Origin: Candidatus Hydrogenedentales bacterium
GTDB taxonomy: Bacteria > Hydrogenedentota > Hydrogenedentia > Hydrogenedentales > JAEUWI01
DNA: 64,000 nt
Reading direction: 5' to 3'
Assembly (NCBI GenBank): GCA_041859365.1
Contig: JBHEKR010000124.1
Coordinates: forward strand, 13,388-77,387
Within the stretch, counting starts at the first letter, position 1, and every line of letters begins with the position of its first letter. Made by a program: the position numbers and the translations under genes. The notes beneath the pieces were generated by a model. That model saw only the letters and a program-made list of their open reading frames with translations, searched no databases and had not been told where the DNA came from. Below, one piece after another: positions 49,619 through 58,928 of the stretch.

Positions 49619-51532
49619 TTACTTCATTTGCTGCACCTTCATTTCTTTGGCCAGCGTCACACCTTCTGCCAGATTGGATGCCGTGCCAATGGCGTAGTCC
49701 TCTTCCACCGTCGTGAGGGTCAGTTTGCCGACCGGCTTCTGGCGGTGGGCGATGACCTTGCCGCCGACTTCAATGGGGTCGCCATCCTGAAGGATCTTGA
49801 ACTCCAAGCCCTCCTTCACCCCATGTTTCTTGCCGAGGTTGATGATGACCGCATCATTCGCGGCGGCATCGGCGATCAGACCCTGAAGCGGTTCGTCGGA
49901 GGCCAGTTTCTCCGTCAGGGCATTCACCACCGCGGCCACTGTGTCCGTGGGCTTGGAATCGTCGATCTTCTGGGAAGCCTGGAAGAAGATACCCGTCGTC
50001 TCGGAGTCGATCAAGCGGAGATAGAGCATGGTGTCCGCGCCGACCTGGGCAAAGTCGATGAAACCGAGGTGGCCCGCCGACAACACCTGACCCAGACGGC
50101 GCTGGGTGTCGCCGCTGGCGAGTTCCGAACTGCCCAGGTTCAGTTCCTGAAGGAGTTTGTCGAGCATGACGCGTTCGACGACCTGGATGCCGTTCTTGCC
50201 TTGAGCCTGCACCTCAATCTCGCGCTGGAGGACCATGTCCGTACCCGCGCGGTCGAAAACGATCTTGCCCTTGGTCTCACCGGGCAGGAAGGCCAACACC
50301 ACGGGGCGCGAGGTCCAGTCGTCCGTGGGTGCTGACTCACCTTTAGCTTTCAATTCTTCGTAGCGCTTGCTTAAGTCGGTGATGAGGCTCTTGATGAGCT
50401 CGCCCTTCTTGATGTCGTTGGCCTCTTCAAGTTCCGTCTTCACCTGTTGCAGCATAAGCCCGGTCATTTCGTCGGGACGGATGGCGGCGGCCTTTTCCAG
50501 TGTTTCCTTGGCCAGCACGAGGTCGTTTTCACCTCCGCGCTCGCGATAGGCGGCGCCTTCGTTGCTCAGCGCTTCCACGTTGTATTGGTCGAGGGACTGT
50601 GCCTTGGCATATTGCTCCACGGCCTTGTCGATGTCGCCATTGGCCTGGGCCAGTCGGCCCTGGGCGTTTACAGCTTCCGACTTCTGCCATTCGGGGATTT
50701 CCGCGCTGGCGGCGGCGGAAAGGCTGGCTTCAGCCTTCTCCAGCTCGCCCGACTTGATGAGGGCCTCGCCCTTAACCGCCTGAGCATATCCGTTGTCACC
50801 GGCCTTGTCGGCTGCGGCGATGGCGCCTTCGAGGTCACCTCGCTCGAGGGCGACTTTGGCCAGTCCGGCGTCCGCGCCGATTTCTCCGAATTCCTTCTCG
50901 GCTTCATCCAGCTTGCCTTCGGCGACGAGAATGTGTCCGTTGAGTTCCTTCACCTGGTTTGCGTCTTCGCCGTTTTCCAGCGCGGAAGCGACCACGGCCG
51001 AGGCCTTGTCGGTCTTACGCTGCTGGAAGAGGTTCTCCGCTACTTCCTTGAGAATGTTGGCCTGCTCGGTGCCCGCGCCGCGCAGCACGCGCTCGATTTT
51101 GCGTTCGGGCGTGTGGACGAAGAGGGTAAGGGGGAGCTGGTTGACGTTCTTGTACCACTCCGCCGTCTTCACCTGTTCATCGGCCAAAAGGAAATACTGG
51201 ATCTTGAGTCCATCGGCGAAGGACTGCAAGGCAGCCTTGTCCGATTCCATGCCCAGCGCGATGATGGAGAGGGCATCGCTGTTGTAAAGGCGCTTCAGGG
51301 CCTGAAGCTTGGCGGCGATAGCCTTGCCGTTGTCCGGCGTGAAGAAAAAGAGGATGACCAGATCGGGATTCTTTTCCAGAATCTCGTTCAGGTTCACCGA
51401 TTTTCCAAAGATGTCCTGGGCCTGAATTTCCGGCACCGGGTCGCCTTCGAAGAAGTCCGCACGGGTGGAAAAGCTGCACACTGAAAAGCCCAACACCAGA
51501 CCGATATGCAAGACACGTTTGCTGATATTCAT
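49619..51532 (-). CDS. secreted/lipoprotein multi-domain protein: Cys-less thioredoxin-like fold plus TPR repeats plus CsgG/LpoB-like C-terminal domain
   Basis: Signal/lipobox LVLGFSVCS. Redoxin-like QDIFGKSVNLNEILEKNPDLVILFFFTPDNGKA has no CXXC. TPR-like helical middle. The C-terminal VVLAFLPGETKG...VVERVMLDKLLQELNLG...LGQVLSAGHLGFIDF resembles CsgG-type domains. Confidence 0.7.
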   Translation of the reverse strand: MNISKRVLHIGLVLGFSVCSFSTRADFFEGDPVPEIQAQDIFGKSVNLNEILEKNPDLVILFFFTPDNGKAIAAKLQALKRLYNSDALSIIALGMESDKAALQSFADGLKIQYFLLADEQVKTAEWYKNVNQLPLTLFVHTPERKIERVLRGAGTEQANILKEVAENLFQQRKTDKASAVVASALENGEDANQVKELNGHILVAEGKLDEAEKEFGEIGADAGLAKVALERGDLEGAIAAADKAGDNGYAQAVKGEALIKSGELEKAEASLSAAASAEIPEWQKSEAVNAQGRLAQANGDIDKAVEQYAKAQSLDQYNVEALSNEGAAYRERGGENDLVLAKETLEKAAAIRPDEMTGLMLQQVKTELEEANDIKKGELIKSLITDLSKRYEELKAKGESAPTDDWTSRPVVLAFLPGETKGKIVFDRAGTDMVLQREIEVQAQGKNGIQVVERVMLDKLLQELNLGSSELASGDTQRRLGQVLSAGHLGFIDFAQVGADTMLYLRLIDSETTGIFFQASQKIDDSKPTDTVAAVVNALTEKLASDEPLQGLIADAAANDAVIINLGKKHGVKEGLEFKILQDGDPIEVGGKVIAHRQKPVGKLTLTTVEEDYAIGTASNLAEGVTLAKEMKVQQMK

Positions 51533-51634
51533 GGATCTCTCCCCAACCTCCTACATTTCAAGGGTTTATCGACACACACCACCTATATGGCCCAATTCTA
51601 CCACCAAGGAGGTTTTTTTACGAATGACGCAGGA

Positions 51635-53374
51635 TCACAGGGTTGAGACGGGGCCGAAGATGATAGGTACGTTGGCCGTGGCTTCGGGGGCCGTCGCGGC
51701 CTCGATCTTGTCCGTGAAGCTTTCGCCTTCGGAACCCGGTTTGTTGGGGTCCGTAATGACCACGCGATAGCTCATGGCGCCGACCTTGCGCTCGGCAGGA
51801 ATTTCTATGAGGTCACCCGCCGTCCAAGTGGGGGCGCTGGCAAGAACGTTGCCCGCCGAATCCAGCAGTTCGATCGCAATCGTTCCGGATACCTCGGAGA
51901 GCTGCCCGGCCAGATCGTCCAGCGTGGCTTCCTTTTTCATAAAGCGCTTATAGTCTTCCTCCGTTTTGGCGCGATAGATTTCGAATATCGCCGCCGTGTA
52001 ATAGCGGTCCGCCGATACATTCGAATCCGCATTATTCGTGACCGGCACCGGAGTTTTCGTCGGCGTCTCGGTCTTGTCGCCCCCGGACATCATAATCCCG
52101 CCGATGAGCACCACCAGTGCCGCCGCAATGCCTCCACCGATCAGGAGGCCTTTGTTAGGGCCGGTCGCAGTCGCGAGAACAGGCTGAATATGCGCGGGGG
52201 CACTACCGGGTATCGTTGCGCCGATGTCACCGGTTGCGACCACCGCCGGTGGCGGTCCCGCGACGGTTGCACCGGGCGCAGGCGCGCCGCCGGGTACCGT
52301 GGCCCCCGGCCCCGACTCGGCAAGGGTGGTTTCCTGGGTCGCGGGGCGGGCCCCGGTGATGGTGGCCTTGAAATCTTCTGATACCGGCTGGCTGATCATC
52401 GTCGCCTGCACCGGCGCGGCGGTCACGGGAGTCGCCATGGTGGAGGAGAGGGCGGCATTCGCGCCGGGGTCGAGAATTGCAGGGTTCGGATTCTCTTTCA
52501 GACTTTCGCGCAGGGCGGCAGCCATCTCATTTCCGGACTTGAAGCGGTTCGCAGGTCGTTTGCTGAGGGCCTTCATGATAACGCCCGCCAGCGCATCGGG
52601 AATGGCGAAGTTCAGCTCGGTGGGGGTAACGGGGTCAATTTTGATGACCCGGTGCATCACGGTGCTCAGTGCTTCGCCGCCGAAGGGCTTTTCGCCCGTG
52701 GTCAATTCATAGAGGATGTTGCCGACGGAAAAGAGATCCGAGCGACCATCAAGCTTCTGGCCCATGAACTGCTCCGGGCTCATGTAGTGGGGCGTGCCAA
52801 TCAGGGCGCCATCCTGCGTGAGGTTTGAATCGCTCACGTGGGCAATACCGAAATCGGCTACCTTGAGGGGCTTGTCCGTGGGCATGAGAATGTTGGCGGG
52901 CTTGATGTCGCGATGGACCACGCCATGTTCATGGGCCACGTGAAGGGCCTCGCAAATGTTCGCGCCGATTTCCACGATCTCTTCCATGCCCAGGCGCTTG
53001 CGGGAATCCACGATGTCGCCCAGATCGCCCCCTTCGAGGTATTCCATGGCGATATAGGCCATGCCGTCTTCCTCGGCGGCGTCGTAAATCGTGATGATAT
53101 TCGGGTGATTCAGCGCACCGGCGGCCTTCGCCTCGCGCAAGAAACGCTCCATCATTTCGTCGGCCATGCCCGAGGCTTCGACTACCTCGCGGCGCGCCGT
53201 CTTGATGGCCACGCGCCGTCCGATGTTGGGGTCCTTGCCTTCATAGACAATGCCCATGGCGCCTTTGCCCAGTTCACGGATGACTTCATAACGCCCCAGC
53301 TTGGCGGGCATTTTCGGATCGGCCACGATAGAATCCTTAGTTGATAATTGCGGTATTGAGTAACGTTTCAGCAC
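51635..53374 (-). CDS. Hanks-type Ser/Thr protein kinase with TM segment and extracytoplasmic C-terminal domain
   Basis: GKGAMGIVYEG, VAIK, HRDIKPANIL, DFGIA and SPEQ. Low-complexity Pro/Ala linker, TM LLIGGGIAAALVVLIGGIMM, and a ~160-aa outside domain. The start may be the Met at 53311. Confidence 0.9.
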   Translation of the reverse strand: MLKRYSIPQLSTKDSIVADPKMPAKLGRYEVIRELGKGAMGIVYEGKDPNIGRRVAIKTARREVVEASGMADEMMERFLREAKAAGALNHPNIITIYDAAEEDGMAYIAMEYLEGGDLGDIVDSRKRLGMEEIVEIGANICEALHVAHEHGVVHRDIKPANILMPTDKPLKVADFGIAHVSDSNLTQDGALIGTPHYMSPEQFMGQKLDGRSDLFSVGNILYELTTGEKPFGGEALSTVMHRVIKIDPVTPTELNFAIPDALAGVIMKALSKRPANRFKSGNEMAAALRESLKENPNPAILDPGANAALSSTMATPVTAAPVQATMISQPVSEDFKATITGARPATQETTLAESGPGATVPGGAPAPGATVAGPPPAVVATGDIGATIPGSAPAHIQPVLATATGPNKGLLIGGGIAAALVVLIGGIMMSGGDKTETPTKTPVPVTNNADSNVSADRYYTAAIFEIYRAKTEEDYKRFMKKEATLDDLAGQLSEVSGTIAIELLDSAGNVLASAPTWTAGDLIEIPAERKVGAMSYRVVITDPNKPGSEGESFTDKIEAATAPEATANVPIIFGPVSTL

Positions 53375-53440
53375 GTTGAGGCATTGATAAATTTAACCAC
53401 AAACAGATTTAAAGCGGCCAGCCGGCCGCAATCAAAAATT

Positions 53441-53572
53441 TTGAACCACGGAGCTCACGGAGGCACGGAGAAAAATGAGTTGCAGCGTCACTGGGGGCAG
53501 AGTGGCACGTCTTCGGAGAGGAGAGTTCTTCTCCTATTTGACGCTCCGTGCCTCAGTGCCCTCCGTGGTCAA
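53441..53572. repeat. long imperfect inverted repeat whose arms are tandem CACGGAG heptads
   Basis: Left arm TTGAACCACGGAGCTCACGGAGGCACGGAG (53441-53470). Right arm CTCCGTGCCTCAGTGCCCTCCGTGGTCAA (53544-53572). The ~73-nt interior contains its own hairpin AGGAGA-GTTCT-TCTCCT. Confidence 0.85.
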
Positions 53573-53673
53573 TTACCTTCTAGTTGATAGTCGATATAAC
53601 GGAATCTGACAACGACCTTTCCATTCTGCTCCGAATGTTGCCTTCTGGATATAGCCAACAAATCAGTCTAGTG

Positions 53674-54939
53674 TCACGGAGTCTTGAGTTTTTTAATCCA
53701 GGCGCGCACGTCTTCCGCATCGCTCGCCGCAGGGGAGAGGGACAAGTAGGATTCAAAGTGCTTGATCGCCTCGTCGCTCTTGCCCACCGCAGCCAGAGTG
53801 AGCGCCAGATTATAGTGCACGGTCGGAGCGCTGTCTTTAAGTCGCAGCGACTCCATGAAATGGGCGACGGCCTCTTCGTTACGCCCTGCGCGTCGACAGG
53901 CCTCGCCGAGATCGTTGTGGCTCTGGGGTTCATCGGGGGCGAGCTTCCGGGCCTCGTCGAATATCGCTATGGCCTTGTCATAGGACTTCTCGCGCAGATA
54001 GAGCCGCCCGAGATTACGCTTCACCTCGATACCCTCGGGGCGCAAGGCGTCGGCTCGTTGATAGCTGGCGATGGCTTTTTCTGTGTCGCCCGTGCTGGCT
54101 TCCACGACCGCCAGATTGAAACTAGCCTCATAAAAAGTCGGCAGCAGCTTTTCGGCCAGGCGATAGGCCTCCATCTTTTCTTCCGGGGTCACTGCGGCAA
54201 CGCCCCGGTTGTAGGCCTCGATGGCGCGAAGTTCAGATTCGCTGATGCCCGCCGCGGGAACAAGGCGATTCTCGGAGGGCGCTGCCGAGGCCATTTTTTC
54301 ACCCCGGACTCCATAGGTATCCAGCAGGGCAAAGGCATTGTTAATTTTATTGACGATTGTAAAGTCGATATCGTTGAATCCACCACTGATAAGCCCGATG
54401 AGTCTGCCGTCGCGATCAAAGACCGGCCCGCCGCTGGAGCCATGGGTCGCGGTCAGGGCCACCTGAATCACGGCGTAACCATCGAAACTTCGATTTGGAT
54501 TGGCGACGGTGCCGCTGACCGTGGAGAACTCGAGATTCATGGGGGCGGCGATAGAAACAAGGGGCGCACCGCTTTTCAGGGTATCGGCGTCGCCCAGCAT
54601 CGCATGGGCGGGCAGGGGCGTGGTGGCCTTGAAAAGGGCGAATTCAACATCGGGGCGGGATTCCACCAGTTCGAGCGCCACCTTTGTTCCGTCGGCAAGC
54701 CGCCCCACGAAATCCTTTACGCCTTCCGCTTGATGCGCCGTTGCCAGCACATAACCCTCCGGATGGATGCAGCAGCCGCTGCCCTGCACCTCCGCACCCG
54801 TGTCGGTGCGCTTGCCATGAATCACCAGCACCGTGGCCATATTTCGGCCGGCCACGGCTTCCACGTCGAGAGGCTGGGCACCGGCCCCTGGCGCACAGGC
54901 CAGGCAAAAGAGCAATAGCGCCCTGACTATAATCTTCAT
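53674..54939 (-). CDS. secreted trypsin-like (S1C/HtrA-type fold) serine protease fused to TPR repeats
   Basis: ATG at 54939. Signal peptide MKIIVRALLLFCLACAPGAGA. His in VLATAHQ, Asp in DVEFALFK, Ser in TATHGSSGGPVF. The C-terminal half has TPR repeats. Confidence 0.85.
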   Translation of the reverse strand: MKIIVRALLLFCLACAPGAGAQPLDVEAVAGRNMATVLVIHGKRTDTGAEVQGSGCCIHPEGYVLATAHQAEGVKDFVGRLADGTKVALELVESRPDVEFALFKATTPLPAHAMLGDADTLKSGAPLVSIAAPMNLEFSTVSGTVANPNRSFDGYAVIQVALTATHGSSGGPVFDRDGRLIGLISGGFNDIDFTIVNKINNAFALLDTYGVRGEKMASAAPSENRLVPAAGISESELRAIEAYNRGVAAVTPEEKMEAYRLAEKLLPTFYEASFNLAVVEASTGDTEKAIASYQRADALRPEGIEVKRNLGRLYLREKSYDKAIAIFDEARKLAPDEPQSHNDLGEACRRAGRNEEAVAHFMESLRLKDSAPTVHYNLALTLAAVGKSDEAIKHFESYLSLSPAASDAEDVRAWIKKLKTP

Positions 54940-55068
54940 GGGTAGTCCTCGTCCCGTTGTCCCTGTGCTAATAATAGGGTTGACTCGACGCGCAGTCAAT
55001 TTTCCCCCCGGGGCCGCCTGCGGAAGCATCGTCGGGCGTTTTTCGATCGAGGTTCTCGCTGTGATAGG

Positions 55069-55860
55069 ATGAAAGTGCGACGTGATTCGGCAGGAGTTTG
55101 CAACGTGAAAAAGCTATTGGTAATCGTTCTGGCGCTTCTGGGCGTCTTGCCCGAGGGGGCGAGCGCACAGGGCATGATGTCCGATCTCCTTATGGGAAAA
55201 TTAATCAACCCACAAGTGGGCGCGTACGCATGGTATACCCTCAAGGACCAGGCGACCGGTCAGGAGTACTTTCTCAGGCAGGCGATTGTGGGCACAGAGA
55301 AGGTCAAGCGCAAAGACGCGTGGTGGCTGGAGACGGAACTGGTCCCCAAAGTCGGCTTTTCCTCCGTCTATAAGATGCTGCTGACCGGCCCGGCGGGTGA
55401 ACCCGAAAATGTGAAGCGTCTATTCGTTCGCGAGGGTAATGGCGCGGTGCAGGAAATCAGTATGGAAAATGGCGGGAATTGGGAAGATGATAAAGACATC
55501 CCCCGGGAATCCGCTGGAATAGAGACCATCACCCTTCCGTCGGGCGATATTCAGGCGGAGCACTACATCGTGAAGGACGGAGAGCCCCCTACGGAGATTT
55601 GGATCAGCGAACAGGTGTCACCGATGGGGCTGGTGAAGATGAAGAATTCCGAGGGCGAACTGAACCTCCAGCGCTTCGGTAACGGCGGAAAAGACGGTCA
55701 GAGCGCCATTCCCACCAACTCACTCCAAACGGAAGAATCGCCGGATGTGGTCGACGAGTCCGCGCCGGAGCAGCCCGAGACCGCCCAGGGGGCTGAGGGG
55801 CCCGCCCCCCCCAAGGATAAGAAGAAATCCAACATATCAGTACGAAAGCGGGCACGATGA
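55069..55860 (+). CDS. hypothetical secreted protein with acidic/Pro-rich and basic tail
   Basis: Signal peptide KKLLVIVLALLGVLPEGASA; the GTG at 55105 may be the true start. No family recognised with confidence. Confidence 0.65.
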   Translation: MKVRRDSAGVCNVKKLLVIVLALLGVLPEGASAQGMMSDLLMGKLINPQVGAYAWYTLKDQATGQEYFLRQAIVGTEKVKRKDAWWLETELVPKVGFSSVYKMLLTGPAGEPENVKRLFVREGNGAVQEISMENGGNWEDDKDIPRESAGIETITLPSGDIQAEHYIVKDGEPPTEIWISEQVSPMGLVKMKNSEGELNLQRFGNGGKDGQSAIPTNSLQTEESPDVVDESAPEQPETAQGAEGPAPPKDKKKSNISVRKRAR

Positions 55861-56633
55861 TCGCGCGATCTGGGGTTGCCGGATTACTGGCTATGCTGGC
55901 GCTCCTTCCTTTCTCGGGGTGTCAGACGACAGACTCTTCCGATGCTTCGGCGATACCGCCCTCCGCGCAGATTGTGTTCACACCGCGGGTTCAGCGTGTG
56001 GTAATTCAAGCGGGGGAGGGGCGATACCCGAACCTCTTTACCACGGCTTCCTACGCGGTGTGGGGCAAGGTGGCCGTCGCGCTCCCCACCGTCCCCCCGA
56101 CGCCCACGGCTGACGCTGACGCGGCCACGGAGGCGGTGATGGACGCCAACCTGGAAAGCGTTCCACCTCAGCCCGACGTGGAGGCGGCGCGCGCGGGCGG
56201 GCTGACCATCGAATGTCACCTCGAGTCGGAGTTTCCGGATCGCAGTATTGCCTATGACGCGGTGGGACTTCGCGGTATGACGATCCTGTTGAAGCTGCCG
56301 GATGGGAGGGAATTGCAACCTGCCCAGAAGACGCTGGGTTCCGAACTTGAAGAAGTCCCAATTGGAGCGCTGCGACGCTATGGGCGGAAACTGACGCTCT
56401 ATTTTTCCGACAGTCAGTTCATGGTCGAGAATCCCGCCGTGAATCCGAAGGCCGCAGGCATCCAGCTCCGCATCGTGGGCCTCGAATCCCTGTTTCTCTT
56501 CGACTGGCCCGCCACACCGGACTTCATGGCAATTCCCCAACCCCGTCCGGACCAGAAGGCGGCCCAATTCGTCCGCAAACAACTTCCAGCCGCGCGTTCC
56601 GCGGTCACCCGGACATCCCACACCTTTGACTAA
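55857..56633 (+). CDS. hypothetical lipoprotein
   Basis: ATGA overlap with the previous gene. Lipobox LLPFSGC. Confidence 0.65.
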   Translation: MIARSGVAGLLAMLALLPFSGCQTTDSSDASAIPPSAQIVFTPRVQRVVIQAGEGRYPNLFTTASYAVWGKVAVALPTVPPTPTADADAATEAVMDANLESVPPQPDVEAARAGGLTIECHLESEFPDRSIAYDAVGLRGMTILLKLPDGRELQPAQKTLGSELEEVPIGALRRYGRKLTLYFSDSQFMVENPAVNPKAAGIQLRIVGLESLFLFDWPATPDFMAIPQPRPDQKAAQFVRKQLPAARSAVTRTSHTFD

Positions 56634-56654
56634 GCCCCACGAGGGCCTTCGTTC

Positions 56655-57374
56655 GTGAAAGCCGCCATCAAATTTATCATGACCCTGACGGGGCTCCTGC
56701 TCATCGCCGCCAACATTGGTACAGTCCTGCTACTGACCCAGTTCGAGGGCCTGCTGCGCCAGGGCATCACCCGACAGGCGGGCCAGATCCTCGGTTCGGA
56801 AATTCACCTCGAAGGCGTGCGCATCGACTGGTCGCGCCAGGCCATTGAGTTCAAGGGAATCTCCGTGTTCAATCCCGAAGGCTTCAGCGATCGCGAGGCG
56901 TTGCGCCTTGAATCGGCCTGGGTCTATCCCCAATGGCTGGCCATATTCTCGAAAACACCCGTGATCAATCAGGTGCTCATTCGGGACGCCAAGATCCAGC
57001 TTCAGTATGATGAGTCGAAGGGGACCAATTTGGGGGCGATGATGGACCGTGCCCGGGATTGGGCCGACCAGCAGACCCGGGGCGAGGCCTGGGTACTCGG
57101 TCGTCCCGTCAACATCCGCAAGATTACCTGCGAGTCCGCCGAGATCAAGGCGGAAAGCGTCTCCCCACCTCAACCGCCGATCGCCCTCACCATGAACGCC
57201 TTCACCGTCGACAACCCGGCGGGTGAAGAGGCGGTCAGCGGCGCGCGCGCGATTCATCTGGTGCTCCAGGGGATGGCGCGCCAGTTGGGCTCGCTCGACG
57301 GGCTCTTCAGCTTCGTGCGCGAGACAGTAAGTTCCGAAGCCAGCCCGGCGCCCGCCACACCCGTGGCGCCTTGA
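56655..57374 (+). CDS. hypothetical membrane-anchored protein (AsmA/DUF748-like N-terminus, weak)
   Basis: GTG start, N-terminal TM LTGLLLIAANIGTVLLL, then SEIHLEGVRIDWSRQAIEFKGISVFNPEGF, reminiscent of AsmA-type N-termini. Confidence 0.55.
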   Translation: MKAAIKFIMTLTGLLLIAANIGTVLLLTQFEGLLRQGITRQAGQILGSEIHLEGVRIDWSRQAIEFKGISVFNPEGFSDREALRLESAWVYPQWLAIFSKTPVINQVLIRDAKIQLQYDESKGTNLGAMMDRARDWADQQTRGEAWVLGRPVNIRKITCESAEIKAESVSPPQPPIALTMNAFTVDNPAGEEAVSGARAIHLVLQGMARQLGSLDGLFSFVRETVSSEASPAPATPVAP

Positions 57375-57496
57375 ACAAGAATAGAACCCTTGATATCATC
57401 CATCGACTATGGCCCCGGCGTCGGGGATTGGCTTAGTCGGGCATTGTGCGTTTAGCGCGTATGCCTCAGTTTCAACAAGGTGGAGGTAGCGTCCTC

Positions 57497-58603
57497 GTGG
57501 CCCAGGTGACCCTGACGAACGTGCAGAAGTTCTACCCCGGGGGCATCCCCGCGGTGCAGAACGCAAACCTGGTCATTAACGACAGGGAATTCGTCGTACT
57601 GGTCGGTCCTTCGGGCTGCGGAAAATCCACGACGCTGCGCATGATCGCCGGACTTGAGGACATTTCGGGCGGGGAGATTCGTATCGACGGATTGGTGGTG
57701 AATGATGTGCCTCCGAAGGATCGGGATATCGCCATGGTTTTTCAAAACTACGCCCTGTATCCCCACAAAAACGTATACAAGAACATGTCCTTCGGCTTGG
57801 AAATGCGGCGCTTTCCAAAGGACGAAATCGACCGAAGGGTCCGGGATGCCGCCGAGATCCTGGGCATTACCGACCTGCTTCAGCGCCGCCCCAAGGCACT
57901 GAGCGGTGGACAGCGACAGCGGGTTGCCGTCGGTCGAGCCATCGTTCGCAAGCCCAAGGTCTTTCTCTTCGACGAGCCCCTTTCGAATCTGGACGCGAAG
58001 CTCCGGGTGCAGATGCGTGCGGAAATCTCGAAACTCCATCGCCGCCTTCAGTCCACGATGATTTACGTCACCCACGACCAAGTCGAGGCCATGACCATGG
58101 GTGACCGGATAGTGGTGATGCTCGATGGCGTCATCCAGCAAGTCGACGCGCCCCTGGACCTTTATCACCGTCCGGTGAACAAGTTCGTAGCGACCTTCAT
58201 TGGAAGCCCTCCCATGAACATGTTGGAAGGGCGCATCGAGGCCCAGGGGGATGACTTGGCGTTCCGGATGGTGGAGGACACCTTTGTGCTCCGGCTTCCT
58301 TTGGTATACCACGTCGCGTTGAGGCCGTATGTCGGAAAAAGCATATACCTGGGAATTCGTCCGGAAGATCTGGTCGATGGAGCAGGACAGCTCGGGGAAT
58401 CCGATGGAATACTGGAGGCGCTCGTCGAGGTGGTGGAGCCCATGGGCTCGGAAATCTACGTATCACTGAGTCTTGGCGGGCAATCGCTGACGGCGCGGGT
58501 CCATGCCCTGGCCAAACCCATCGCAGGAATGCCCTTTCTCCTGCATGTAAACACCCTCAAGCTGCACTTTTTCGACCGGGAAACCGAGCTCGCTATCCGC
58601 TGA
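57497..58603 (+). CDS. MalK/UgpC/MsmX-type ABC ATPase (carbohydrate-importer type), no adjacent permease
   Basis: GTG at 57497 is preceded by GGAGG. Walker A GPSGCGKST, LSGGQRQRVAVGRA, Walker B FLFDEPLSNLD, and a C-terminal TOBE-like regulatory domain. Confidence 0.9.
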   Translation: MAQVTLTNVQKFYPGGIPAVQNANLVINDREFVVLVGPSGCGKSTTLRMIAGLEDISGGEIRIDGLVVNDVPPKDRDIAMVFQNYALYPHKNVYKNMSFGLEMRRFPKDEIDRRVRDAAEILGITDLLQRRPKALSGGQRQRVAVGRAIVRKPKVFLFDEPLSNLDAKLRVQMRAEISKLHRRLQSTMIYVTHDQVEAMTMGDRIVVMLDGVIQQVDAPLDLYHRPVNKFVATFIGSPPMNMLEGRIEAQGDDLAFRMVEDTFVLRLPLVYHVALRPYVGKSIYLGIRPEDLVDGAGQLGESDGILEALVEVVEPMGSEIYVSLSLGGQSLTARVHALAKPIAGMPFLLHVNTLKLHFFDRETELAIR

Positions 58604-58773
58604 CCACCAGCGGCCTGATTTCCAAGTGCGATATCCTCCATTGATGTGTATCGGTTTGCCCGCCAAGGGGCTTCCATATCTGGCTTGGATTGCGGAATAT
58701 TTCATGCTTTTTTTATGAAAATCGCAAGATGTATTATTGCAATGGGTTAGGGTGTGGAATTTTGCGGGCTAAC

Positions 58774-58802
58774 TTGCACATTGGCGTGGGGCATGGCATA
58801 AT
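58774..58802 (+). promoter_or_regulatory. sigma70-like promoter candidate TTGCAC-N17-CATAAT upstream of the pseudopilin genes
   Basis: TTGCAC at 58774-58779, a 17-nt spacer, CATAAT at 58797-58802. It follows an AT-rich stretch and would give a leader of about 120 nt to the ATG at 58929. Confidence 0.4.
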
Positions 58803-58928
58803 CGTTCGGATAAACTATTCACACTTTTGAGAATGCACCGTAATCATGCCACAAGCAGCGGCGGTAACGAATTTGATGCGGGGAGTTCTGGTTCCAAGGC
58901 CAATGCCGTGGAGAACGGAGTGAAAATA

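Noticed and set aside
55805-55812. C8 homopolymer near the 3' end of the 55069-55860 gene, and a similar C8/G8 run at 25257-25264 in the MlaE-like gene, considered as possible phase-variation switches
   Set aside because: The runs are short for slipped-strand switching and encode plausible Pro/Gly residues. There is no evidence of length heterogeneity in a single sequence. This is speculative only.
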